In this document: piece after piece, positions 29,663-38,583 of the stretch | Numbering within the stretch: position 1 is the stretch's first letter | How the letters are laid out: each line of letters begins with the position of its first letter | IMG/VR virus record: IMGVR_UViG_3300010885_080481 | Strand: one strand, 5' to 3' | Origin: a virus | Taxonomy: Duplodnaviria > Caudoviricetes | Length of the DNA: 64,000 bases | Program-made: the position numbers and the translations under genes | The notes under the pieces: model-generated | What the model was told of the DNA's origin: nothing | The model's input: only the letters and a program-made list of their open reading frames with translations | Databases searched by the model: none

Positions 29663-30188
29663 CATGCATACTGTCGTAATCTTCGAAGGATGTGATAAGG
29701 TCGGCAAGACTGAGATGGCTAGAGAGCTTTCAAGACGGTTAGGCATTCCTTATTTTAAAAATAAATCGGAATGGAGGGCATTTAGCTCAGATCCAGACTA
29801 CTTCGTGAAAGCTCTTCGTTATGGAGATCCTTACTTCTACACATTTCTTCGAGACACAAAAACTTCAACAATTCTAGACAGGTCTTATCCTTCCGAATGG
29901 GTATATTCTAGGGTATACGGAAGAAAGACTGATCATGATGCATTGTCACACATTGACTTTTTGGCTGCGTCGTTTGGCGTGAAGATCGTCATTCCGTATA
30001 GAACCTCATATTCAGGAATGAAGGATGATATTCACGACATAGGTGAATATCATCTACAAAAATTGTCTGATATGTATGAAGAATTTGCAAAGTGGACTAA
30101 ATGTGATGTATTACGTTTTTGTATTGATTCTGAAAACCTAGAATGGGAAATGGAGACCATTCGTAAATTCTTGAAAAAGGAGGCATGA
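29655..30188 (+). CDS. Second thymidylate-kinase-family dNMP kinase (candidate hm-dCMP kinase)
   Basis: 'VIFEGCDKVGKT', 'ILDRSYPSEWVY'; overlaps the dnaE stop and leads the modification cluster. Confidence 0.7.
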   Translation: MNNMHTVVIFEGCDKVGKTEMARELSRRLGIPYFKNKSEWRAFSSDPDYFVKALRYGDPYFYTFLRDTKTSTILDRSYPSEWVYSRVYGRKTDHDALSHIDFLAASFGVKIVIPYRTSYSGMKDDIHDIGEYHLQKLSDMYEEFAKWTKCDVLRFCIDSENLEWEMETIRKFLKKEA

Positions 30189-31213
30189 TGCGCATCGGAA
30201 TTAGTTATTGGGGTTTTTGTGAGCCTCTTGGGACATTAGGAGAGGCAAAAACGCCTGACGGTCATCGGTACGGACGTCCAGTATTCATGGATGCAGCCCA
30301 TACTGCAGGACATAGAGTCTACTCGTTGCAATCGCGTCGCGAGGCAGTTCCATATAACAACGTAGAATACGATGAAGGATTCCCGGATATAGATGTTCTA
30401 TTCGTTGAGTGGAGATGGCCTACTTACAAAAATTCTGGAGATAAAAAAGTAGAACCAGATCTAGACAGACAAAATGCACTTCTAAATCACTACCACGGCA
30501 AGATTCCCGTGGTTATATGGGATTGTGATTATAAGGTTACCCCTGAAGATGAAGAAAAGTGGCCGTTGGCTATCATTGCAGATCCTGCGTTTGATCCTAG
30601 AAACCTGACTAGAAAACGAGAACGTCTCATGTTTTGGTCGGATTGGAAATCTATTTTCAATCCTGCTGAAACGTCTTTTGAATACGGATACGTCGGAAAC
30701 AACTATGAGCGTCCCGAAGCTTTCAAAAGATTCTACTCTTCCCCTGCATCAGAACTAAGAAATATCGGCATTCAAACTTCCATTTATGGAAATTGGTTAG
30801 AAAAATCTCCTGAACGTGAGAGTCCTTCTATTTTGATTGCGACGTGTCCGAATGTGGCATTTGGAACTCGATTGAACTTTTTTGAATCGATGAAACGATT
30901 GAATTCATTCATATGTACGACCCATATAACAAAACCAGAATATGCCCGCCGCGGTTTTGTTTCTCCCAGGTATCTAGAAAACGTCGCGGTCGGAACACCT
31001 TCATTGGTACCATCGGAATTTTTGATGTCAAATTTGTTAGGACAAGATTGGATAGTAACAACGTCCAAACATGTCGTTGAACTGGTATCTCACATCAGTA
31101 ATTTATCTTATCAAGATAGAGTTTCTCTGGTAGAAGAGCAAAGAAAAAATTTGCAAAATAAAAATGTATTTTCCGTTAACAACGTAATAAGTTTTCTTGA
31201 AAGTCTTGTATGA
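30185..31213 (+). CDS. GT-B glycosyltransferase, T4 beta-glucosyltransferase-like (candidate DNA glycosyltransferase)
   Basis: Collinear resemblance to recalled T4 BGT: MRIGI/MKIAI, KTP/KTVP, YVGNNYER/YGGSFR, VSPRYLENVAVGTPSLVPSEF/ITLRVWETMASDAVMLIDEEF. Confidence 0.6.
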   Translation: MMRIGISYWGFCEPLGTLGEAKTPDGHRYGRPVFMDAAHTAGHRVYSLQSRREAVPYNNVEYDEGFPDIDVLFVEWRWPTYKNSGDKKVEPDLDRQNALLNHYHGKIPVVIWDCDYKVTPEDEEKWPLAIIADPAFDPRNLTRKRERLMFWSDWKSIFNPAETSFEYGYVGNNYERPEAFKRFYSSPASELRNIGIQTSIYGNWLEKSPERESPSILIATCPNVAFGTRLNFFESMKRLNSFICTTHITKPEYARRGFVSPRYLENVAVGTPSLVPSEFLMSNLLGQDWIVTTSKHVVELVSHISNLSYQDRVSLVEEQRKNLQNKNVFSVNNVISFLESLV

Positions 31214-31221
31214 GGAATAAA

Positions 31222-32211
31222 ATGAAAGTATTGATCACTGGTGTTGCAGGTCTTTTAGGTGCGAATTTTTCTCGTCATCTTTTGTCCAAAGGACATGACG
31301 TCGTTGGCATCGATGATTTGAGTGGAGGATACGCAGATTCCGTACCAGAGGCTGTAAAGTTTTATCAAGTTGATCTTGCTGAAAGGTTGCAAGTCGAAGA
31401 AGTTTTTAAGACCGAAAAACCTGATTTCGTGTTTCACTTCGCTGCCTATGCTGCTGAAGGCCTCAGTCCGTTCATTAGGAATTACAACTACACGAACAAC
31501 GTATTGGCCTCGGCAAACGTCATCAACGCCTGCGTCAATCATGACGTGAAAAAAGTCATCTTCACTTCTTCAATGGCGGTCTACGGTGAGGGTCGTCCTC
31601 CTTTTAGTGAAGACCAGCTTCCGACTCCTGAAGATCCTTACGGAATCGCCAAGTATGCAGTTGAGATGGACCTGAAGTTAGCTCACAGTATGTTCGGTCT
31701 ACGTTACAGTATCGTTCGCCCTCACAATGTGGTCGGCATCTATCAAAATATTTGGGACAGGTATCGAAACGTTATTGGAATTTGGATTCGTAAAGCTCTC
31801 ATTGGTGAGCCTCTTACGATTTTCGGTGATGGGTCGCAAAAAAGGGCTTTTTCTGATATCAAGTTCTATATGGACCCATTCGAAAAATTGATGTCTTCTT
31901 TTGACGGAGAAACATTCAATATTGGAGCAGATAAAGATTTTACGATCAACGAAGCCTGCGATTTGGTTATCGATGTTGCAGCTGAACTTGGTATCAAAGC
32001 GACCAAGGTTCATCTAGAAAAACGTAATGAGGTTCACACCGCCTATTGCGACCACGCAAAAGCTCATAAGCTTTTAGATTTTAAAGATGAAACGAATCTT
32101 CGTGATACAATCAAGCAGATGTTTGTCTGGGCTCAGCAGCAACCAAATAGACAAATTAAAAATATGGATTATGAGATTGAAAAGAACATGTATTCTTTTT
32201 GGAAGAAATGA
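31222..32211 (+). CDS. NAD-dependent NDP-sugar epimerase/dehydratase (extended SDR)
   Basis: 'ITGVAGLLG', 'FTSSMAVYG', 'YGIAK', 'RPHNVVG'. Confidence 0.9.
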   Translation: MKVLITGVAGLLGANFSRHLLSKGHDVVGIDDLSGGYADSVPEAVKFYQVDLAERLQVEEVFKTEKPDFVFHFAAYAAEGLSPFIRNYNYTNNVLASANVINACVNHDVKKVIFTSSMAVYGEGRPPFSEDQLPTPEDPYGIAKYAVEMDLKLAHSMFGLRYSIVRPHNVVGIYQNIWDRYRNVIGIWIRKALIGEPLTIFGDGSQKRAFSDIKFYMDPFEKLMSSFDGETFNIGADKDFTINEACDLVIDVAAELGIKATKVHLEKRNEVHTAYCDHAKAHKLLDFKDETNLRDTIKQMFVWAQQQPNRQIKNMDYEIEKNMYSFWKK

Positions 32212-32996
32212 CTATGACTTTTCCTGAAAAATTAGCTGATAGAGAAAAATACATTTTTGATCAAGTCTTAGCTGGCAATTTTGATGCTGAATGGTTTCCT
32301 CTTGAATTTTCTTCTGGTGGAAGAACCATCAAGTTCAACGTGATGAACGATGCATTGAAAATCGATGGTGTGAGAGTCAATGTATCTGCAGAGCTTCAAC
32401 AAAAATTAGCCGATGTATTTAACGCGTCTTTGTTGACAACACACATTGCTGATTTGATGTTCATCAATGCCACACATCGAGTAGAACCATGTCCCATGTT
32501 GATATCTTCGACAGTCGATTCTATGATTAAACATAGTCGAATGGTCGATGGAAAAATGGGGATGAAGGTGACGGGGCTAGTGGCTTCTCCTGGAAAGCAT
32601 TGGATTTTAGATAAGAAATTAGATGCAAATCCTAGGAAAGCTTGCAATTATGGTTGGCACTTTGTCGGTGCGAACTATAAAGGTATAAAAGGCTATCCAA
32701 CAGGATCTAAACAAAATAAGTTGAATGGAATGAATATCTCAGTAATTCAGCCAAATGCAACTGCTCACGATATGAAACATTCTGACTATTCTCAGATTTG
32801 CCAGCTAGTTTCTCAAGCTTGTTGGATTGATGGTGTTATACACCGTTTATCTGATGTTCTGCAAGATCCAATGAAATGCGATCTTGCTACCGCAAATGGT
32901 CCTTTAAGCTTCGTTAGGCAACCGGGAACGTCTCAACTTATTGGAACTTCAGTTATGTTTCCTGTAAAAATTACTTCGCAAGGAGGAATCACATGA
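32208..32996 (+). CDS. Conserved protein of unknown function
   Basis: 'NYGWH...IQP...H...HSDYSQ...DG...DVLQDP', a pattern I associate with an uncharacterised bacterial family. Confidence 0.55.
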   Translation: MTMTFPEKLADREKYIFDQVLAGNFDAEWFPLEFSSGGRTIKFNVMNDALKIDGVRVNVSAELQQKLADVFNASLLTTHIADLMFINATHRVEPCPMLISSTVDSMIKHSRMVDGKMGMKVTGLVASPGKHWILDKKLDANPRKACNYGWHFVGANYKGIKGYPTGSKQNKLNGMNISVIQPNATAHDMKHSDYSQICQLVSQACWIDGVIHRLSDVLQDPMKCDLATANGPLSFVRQPGTSQLIGTSVMFPVKITSQGGIT

Positions 32997-33181
32997 CGTA
33001 TGAATATGAATGTAAAGCCTGCAATCATCAGTTTGAAGCGCAACAATCAATTAAAGATCCGCCATTGACAAATTGCCCTCGTTGCAAGACTGACTTTTTA
33101 CGAAGGCTTATAAGCAAGTCAACATTCGTTTTGAAGGGTTCTGGTTGGGCTGCTGATAACTACTCTTCAAAATCTTCTTAG
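32993..33181 (+). CDS. FmdB-family zinc-ribbon protein
   Basis: 'MTYEYECKACNHQFE...CPRC...LIS...FVLKGSGW'. Confidence 0.8.
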   Translation: MTYEYECKACNHQFEAQQSIKDPPLTNCPRCKTDFLRRLISKSTFVLKGSGWAADNYSSKSS

Positions 33182-33906
33182 TAAGTAGGCAGTGAGTGTT
33201 GTCTCAATGGACAATCACTTTTGTTGCGAGAAGATCTAGAAGCAGGATGACCAGGTTTTAACAGGTTGTGTAAGTCTTCTCCTTCTTTACTTGCAAAGAC
33301 TGATTTGACTTCGCCTGTTTCACTATTAAAAATGATAGTATAACCGCCTCTAGTCATATCTAGGGGTTTTTTTAACGTGTTCATGTAGTCGAACTTACCC
33401 GCTTTTGACATTTCTTTATCAAACCAAGCTTCAAGCACGAAGTTAGAGACAGAAACCGTCACACCGTTAACATCAATTTCGTAGGAATCTCCCTGGACAG
33501 GGTCACAAAGCTCTAGGGCCACGAAGGTATGATCCCCTCTGTTGGACCACAAGTTAATGTAAGGATTGTAGAAAGTCTCTAATATTTCATGCGATAGGAC
33601 AGTAGAAACAGCATGCGTTCCTTTTAATACCGTTCCACCGTGTTTTAGTAGCGGGTCCGTAAAAACTCTACACCAAACTCTTCCGTCAGGATCTTGCGTA
33701 TGGTATCCAAGAGCACCAGCAACATCTGGAGAGTCAATAAGAACCACGGGGAATCCATCATTACCACCTACCTTTATCTCCCACGGCACCCTTTCCAGGA
33801 GCGGGGCAGCATGTTGATTCATTTGTATCTTGCAGGCTTCAACCATTAAGTTTAAGTCTGCTTCTGAAACGTTAGTCGACTTATTGATGACATTAAACGT
33901 TCTCAT
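33178..33906 (-). CDS. Putative zincin-like metalloprotein (HExxE)
   Basis: 'ALGYH', 'VLSHEILET', 'ELCDPV', 'VSNFV'; ATATTTA upstream at 33912-33918. Confidence 0.5.
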   Translation of the reverse strand: MRTFNVINKSTNVSEADLNLMVEACKIQMNQHAAPLLERVPWEIKVGGNDGFPVVLIDSPDVAGALGYHTQDPDGRVWCRVFTDPLLKHGGTVLKGTHAVSTVLSHEILETFYNPYINLWSNRGDHTFVALELCDPVQGDSYEIDVNGVTVSVSNFVLEAWFDKEMSKAGKFDYMNTLKKPLDMTRGGYTIIFNSETGEVKSVFASKEGEDLHNLLKPGHPASRSSRNKSDCPLRQHSLPTY

Positions 33907-33957
33907 AATTGTAAATATTCGTCACAACAGTTGTATAATTGAAAAGGTATAAATCAT

Positions 33958-34926
33958 ATGAGAATTTTAGTAACTGGGGGAGCAGGCTTCATCGGCAGCA
34001 ATTTAGCTCGTAAATGTGTTGAAGAAGAACATTACGTGGATGTTGTAGACAATTTGTTGAATGGTCACATCTCTTTTGTTCCTCATCAACTGAGAACAAA
34101 TAATCTGTATATTTGTAATTTTGATTCTGCTCACATTTTGAATAAAATTAGAAATAAAGAATACGATGTTGTTGTTCATCTGGCTGCTATTCCTAGAGTG
34201 AGTTATTCTGTTGAACACCCATTAGAGACTAATGAAACCAATGTGTCAGCAACGCTTAGATTGATAGACGCTTGCAAAGGCAATATAAAACGTTTCGTTT
34301 TTGCTTCTTCATCTTCTGTGTACGGAGGAGCTGAAAATTTGCCAACCAAAGAAAAAGAACTGAAAAATCCTAAATCTCCCTATGCATTTCAAAAATCGAT
34401 TATAGAAGACTATTTGAAGATCTACTACGACAATTTTGGATTAGACTCAGCAAGTCTACGTTTCTTTAACGTTTTTGGTCCTAATCAGTTAGGCAACTCT
34501 CCTTATTCCACTGCGGTTTCTGCATGGGTAAATGCGATTTTGAGAGGGAAATCCATGCGTTCCGATGGGGATGGGTCTCAATCAAGAGACATGTGTTACG
34601 TAGACAACGTCGTAGACGTGTGCTTACGCGCAGCAATGTCTGATAAGATTATTGCGGCTGAAACGCTAAACGTAGCATGTGGTGATAGAACGACGAATAA
34701 AGAAATTTTGCAATATTTGTTGAAAAAATTCCCAGATTCCAAATACCATGATGCACCATGGCGTCCAGGAGATGTCATGCACACACAAGCAGACGTCAGT
34801 AGAACAAAAGAAGTATTAGGGTACGTTCCTCTTGTGCATTTTTGGGAAGGATTGGAAAAGACCATTCAGTGGTACCAAGATAATTGGGAATTAATTCTAT
34901 CACTGGATGATCAAGGAAATATATGA
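33958..34926 (+). CDS. NAD-dependent NDP-sugar 4-epimerase, WbpP/GalE-like
   Basis: 'TGGAGFIG', 'HLAA', 'ASSSSVYG', 'SPYAFQK', 'RFFNVFGP', 'GDGSQSRD', 'RPGDVMHTQAD'. Confidence 0.9.
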   Translation: MRILVTGGAGFIGSNLARKCVEEEHYVDVVDNLLNGHISFVPHQLRTNNLYICNFDSAHILNKIRNKEYDVVVHLAAIPRVSYSVEHPLETNETNVSATLRLIDACKGNIKRFVFASSSSVYGGAENLPTKEKELKNPKSPYAFQKSIIEDYLKIYYDNFGLDSASLRFFNVFGPNQLGNSPYSTAVSAWVNAILRGKSMRSDGDGSQSRDMCYVDNVVDVCLRAAMSDKIIAAETLNVACGDRTTNKEILQYLLKKFPDSKYHDAPWRPGDVMHTQADVSRTKEVLGYVPLVHFWEGLEKTIQWYQDNWELILSLDDQGNI

Positions 34927-35906
34927 AGAATTTTTCTAGCTTTACTGAAGCCTATCGAAACTTGCTTCTTGATGTCTATGAACATCCTGAGTTTTCTTCT
35001 GCTCCCCGTGGTTATAAAATTAGAGAAAAATTGGGCGTGAGTTTCAGCATTACGAACCCAAGAGATCGTTTGCCCTTTCTCACCGGTCGTGATTTTAGCA
35101 TCTCTTATCTTATTGCAGAATCGTTGTGGTATTTGTCAGGCGATGATTCCACTGAATGGATTTCTAACTACTCTTCTTTTTGGAAAAGCATTTCTGATGA
35201 TGGAGTAACTGCTAACAGCGCCTATGGAGCTCGTATATTCAAACCTCACCCTAGAGTAGCAGGGGAATTAGACCCCGCTTGGACGCAATGGAGGTACGTC
35301 GTTGATGAGCTGATTGCAGACCAAGACTCCAGAAGAGCAGTCATACATATCAGATCGCCGCAGGATTCTATCCTGGCAAAGAAGGACGTGCCTTGCACGT
35401 TGAGCTTGCAGTTTTTTCTTCGTAACGATTTGGTTCATATGGTCGTTTCTATGCGTTCATCTGATCTAATTCTAGGATTAGCGTACGACGTCCCTGCTTT
35501 TACTTTGTTCCAAGAATTACTAGCTTCTGAATTATCTAACAGGCTAAATAGACCAATAGGGTTGGGGACGTATACACATGTCAGTAATTCTCTTCATATA
35601 TACGAGAGACATTTCAAGATGGTAGAAGAAATCTTGTCTTCACCTATCAACTCTTCAATAGAAATGCCTGCTTTACCTAACAAGGAAGTACCGATCTCTA
35701 ATATGATGAGTTTTGAAAAAGCCTGCAGAAATGCTGGTTCGTACCAAGAGATCGATAGGTTACTATCGAATAACGTTATTGAAGATTATTGGAAGGATTG
35801 GTTGCTTATTCTTGCATCTCATAGATCGTTTAAATTTTCTGCTGAACATCAGAAAAAAATCATGAACCAAGTCAGCTTCGAGGGATATAAGTTTTTTAAC
35901 AAATAA
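34923..35906 (+). CDS. Thymidylate-synthase homolog, Asp-type (putative dCMP hydroxymethylase)
   Basis: 'SRRA', catalytic 'DVPCT', and 'MRSSDLILGLAYD' with Asp at the E. coli TS Asn177 position; 'SLHIYERH'. Confidence 0.8.
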   Translation: MKNFSSFTEAYRNLLLDVYEHPEFSSAPRGYKIREKLGVSFSITNPRDRLPFLTGRDFSISYLIAESLWYLSGDDSTEWISNYSSFWKSISDDGVTANSAYGARIFKPHPRVAGELDPAWTQWRYVVDELIADQDSRRAVIHIRSPQDSILAKKDVPCTLSLQFFLRNDLVHMVVSMRSSDLILGLAYDVPAFTLFQELLASELSNRLNRPIGLGTYTHVSNSLHIYERHFKMVEEILSSPINSSIEMPALPNKEVPISNMMSFEKACRNAGSYQEIDRLLSNNVIEDYWKDWLLILASHRSFKFSAEHQKKIMNQVSFEGYKFFNK

Positions 35907-35914
35907 GGAATTTT

Positions 35915-36481
35915 ATGCTGCTAAATCCTCAATTTATTTTATATTGCGGTCCTATGTTCAGCTCAAAAACGACTGGGCTTCTATCTTCAATTGATCGTTT
36001 TAGATACCAAAACAAAAAGGTCATTGTTTTTAAACCAAAGCTTGACGATAGGTACGTTGAAGATTTTGTTTGCACTCATAGTGGGTGGAAAGTGGCAGCA
36101 ACTTGTATCAAAGAAGGAAGCGACATCTTAGAAAAGTTATCAGAGATGGAAGAAAATCCGCACGTCGTTGCCGTCGACGAAGCTTTTATGATACCTGGAA
36201 TTGCAAAAGTTCTTATTTGGTTATACAGAAGCGGATATTCAGTTGTCGTTTCATCTTTGGATTTATCAGCCACTGGTAAACCTTTTGACGAGATTGAAAA
36301 AATGTTGCCTTGGACTACGCACGTAGAAAAGAGAAGTGCAGTGTGTACAGTCTGTAGCAGAGACGCTTATTACACTTACAAGAAGCAAATGGGCGGAGAT
36401 GAGATTGAAGTTGGTGGGTCTGAACTTTACGAGCCTAGATGCTTAAAATGTCATCCATTGATCTTTGATCCTTCAAGGTGA
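35915..36481 (+). CDS. tdk: Thymidine kinase (TK1 type), divergent
   Basis: 'GPMFSSKTT', 'KPKLDDRY', 'VAVDEA', 'AVCTVC', 'IEVGGSELYEPRCLKC'. Confidence 0.85.
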   Translation: MLLNPQFILYCGPMFSSKTTGLLSSIDRFRYQNKKVIVFKPKLDDRYVEDFVCTHSGWKVAATCIKEGSDILEKLSEMEENPHVVAVDEAFMIPGIAKVLIWLYRSGYSVVVSSLDLSATGKPFDEIEKMLPWTTHVEKRSAVCTVCSRDAYYTYKKQMGGDEIEVGGSELYEPRCLKCHPLIFDPSR

Positions 36482-36485
36482 TTTT

Positions 36486-36953
36486 ATGGATTTTAATAGA
36501 CATTTGCAAAAGCTTGAAGTTTTTATGAAAATGTGTAAAGAACTTTCAACGCTTTCGTATGATGAAAAGTATAAGGTGTCTTCTATTATTATCACTTCTG
36601 ATTATAGAGAAGTTTGTGCAATAGGATACAACGGAAGCTATAAAGGTGGTCCTAATCAAAGAAGTTCTTTAGAACATGGAGGGTCTGGATTTTTACATGC
36701 AGAAGAAAATGCCTTGTTCCACCTCTGCAAACCATACGAACTTAGGAACAATTTGCTAATGTTGTGCACACACAAACCTTGTTCTATGTGTGCGAAAAGA
36801 ATAGTAAATAGTGGAATACAAAAAATAGTTTTTGATATTGATTATGTTGATCAAGAGGCGTCTGCTGACCAAATATTCCAAGTCAGCGGTACGAAATGTA
36901 TAAAGTATCAAGACTTAATTTCTTTTCCTCAAATCTTGTTTGCGTCTAACTAA
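36486..36953 (+). CDS. dCMP deaminase family
   Basis: 'IGYNG', 'HAEENA', 'THKPCSMC'. Confidence 0.85.
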   Translation: MDFNRHLQKLEVFMKMCKELSTLSYDEKYKVSSIIITSDYREVCAIGYNGSYKGGPNQRSSLEHGGSGFLHAEENALFHLCKPYELRNNLLMLCTHKPCSMCAKRIVNSGIQKIVFDIDYVDQEASADQIFQVSGTKCIKYQDLISFPQILFASN

Positions 36954-36987
36954 CGTGATAATTACTATACAGCTCTAGGTATAATTC

Positions 36988-37281
36988 ATGAAGAAATTAT
37001 CAGAAAAAGAAATTATCCGTTTAATGCGAGAAGAATGGATTAAAAAAGTCAATGGATTGTTGTCTGAAAAAGCAGAAAAAAATTCAGACAACTTAAAAAT
37101 GCTGGCAAGAGTGAACGGAAAAGAAAAGTTAGTGATCTCTCCAGATCTAAAAGTCGAAAAGGACAATTTTCTTTATACTGTGGTCAGCGTAAATGAAAAA
37201 GAAGTTACTTTAAGAAAACCTTCTGGCGAAGAATTCACTATCACGTCAAAAGAGTTTGAAGAAGAATTTGAAAGAGAATGA
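36988..37281 (+). CDS. Hypothetical protein with shared N-terminal peptide
   Basis: MKKLSEKEIIRLMREEW...; ATAATTA at 36958; beta-rich C-terminal half. Confidence 0.6.
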   Translation: MKKLSEKEIIRLMREEWIKKVNGLLSEKAEKNSDNLKMLARVNGKEKLVISPDLKVEKDNFLYTVVSVNEKEVTLRKPSGEEFTITSKEFEEEFERE

Positions 37282-37294
37282 TGGAGTTTGCATT

Positions 37295-38035
37295 ATGAAC
37301 AAAAACAATAATGATAAAATTGAATTAGATAACATCTTAAAAAGCGTGGTCAAGAACTCCATCGCCAAGCACGCTCCTGTTTCGCAACTTCAAGAAGTTG
37401 CTGATGATTCAAATTCTTTAAAGGAAGCATACGTAGCTGAACCTAAAGTTTTTAAACAGGTAACAGAGTTTGTTACCCAAAAAACCAAAAGTGCTCATTA
37501 TGATCTTTACAAGGGTTATACTGAATCTTTGACTAAAGTATCTGCCAAGCTAGATTCTGTCAATAGACCAGATGCAAATCCTAGAAGTTCTGAATACGCT
37601 TCATTGAAAAAAGATGAAGTTTATAATCTAAATGCAACATGGTTACATGAATTATATTTTGCTAACTGTTTTGACCCACATTCAGAAATTACTATGGATT
37701 CCATGTCTTATCTCAGGCTTGAGAGAGACTTCGGCACATTCGAAGATTGGCAACGAGATTTTATTGCCTGTGCATCAGCTGCAGGAGTTGGTTGGGCTGT
37801 TTGTGGATATCACATGTTCTTACAACGGTATGTTAACACGTTCGTCGGTCTGCACGATCGGAATGTGATGCTAGGGTTGTATCCAATCATGGTTGTAGAC
37901 ATGTGGGAACATGCTCATAGAGATTATCTTAATGATAAAAAGAGCTACATAGTTTCTCAAATGAGAGAAATTAATTGGAATGTAGTAGAAGAGAGAGTAG
38001 TTAAAGCAGAACAGATAGCGCAGGCGTTGAAATGA
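37295..38035 (+). CDS. Fe/Mn superoxide dismutase with N-terminal extension
   Basis: All four metal ligands seen: 'AHYDLYKGY', 'WLHELYF', 'DMWEH'; also 'GWA'. Confidence 0.8.
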   Translation: MNKNNNDKIELDNILKSVVKNSIAKHAPVSQLQEVADDSNSLKEAYVAEPKVFKQVTEFVTQKTKSAHYDLYKGYTESLTKVSAKLDSVNRPDANPRSSEYASLKKDEVYNLNATWLHELYFANCFDPHSEITMDSMSYLRLERDFGTFEDWQRDFIACASAAGVGWAVCGYHMFLQRYVNTFVGLHDRNVMLGLYPIMVVDMWEHAHRDYLNDKKSYIVSQMREINWNVVEERVVKAEQIAQALK

Positions 38036-38583
38036 AGAATAAGAAGCAAACGTCCATGACAGCAGGTCTACTTCGTAGGATTATTGCTGAAGAGATAAAA
38101 AAGGTCATTCTAGAATCCCCAGAAAAAGAACTGAAAGAAGATTCTGTGGATTTACAAATAGATTCTTATTTCGTTGACTATGAATCAGAAGCTAAGAGGC
38201 TTAAAGCTGAAGGTACAGATTTTCGTAGGTTGACTCGTCAATTTCTGCTAGAGGCGGAAGATGATAAAGAGTCTAAGGAAGACAAGAAAGATTCTGCGGA
38301 CAAGAAAAAGCTGTCTGTTGAGGACATAGATTTAGAAAATTTTGCTGTTGGTGTGGTAAGGCTTATCGATAATTACGATTCTTTACTTGAAATAAAGTTG
38401 ACGATAGCAAAAAGAGCTACAAATTTCTTATTAAAAAATTATGATGCTTTAACCGCTAAGGAATTTAAGGAGATTTTATCAGAACAGTTTGATATCTTCG
38501 TAGATCACCCAGAACAAGCAGATGAACCTTATCTAGCACCTCCTGCCGACAGAGCTTTAGGTCCATCGGGGGGTGCGACTTGA
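38032..38583 (+). CDS. Hypothetical protein with shared N-terminal peptide
   Basis: 'GLLRRIIAEEIKKVILES'; several LxE-A/S sites. Confidence 0.6.
   Translation: MKNKKQTSMTAGLLRRIIAEEIKKVILESPEKELKEDSVDLQIDSYFVDYESEAKRLKAEGTDFRRLTRQFLLEAEDDKESKEDKKDSADKKKLSVEDIDLENFAVGVVRLIDNYDSLLEIKLTIAKRATNFLLKNYDALTAKEFKEILSEQFDIFVDHPEQADEPYLAPPADRALGPSGGAT

Noticed and set aside
34923-35906. Canonical thymidylate synthase (thyA)
   Set aside because: Asp replaces the dUMP-specifying Asn, PCH is PCT, and ThyX is already present.
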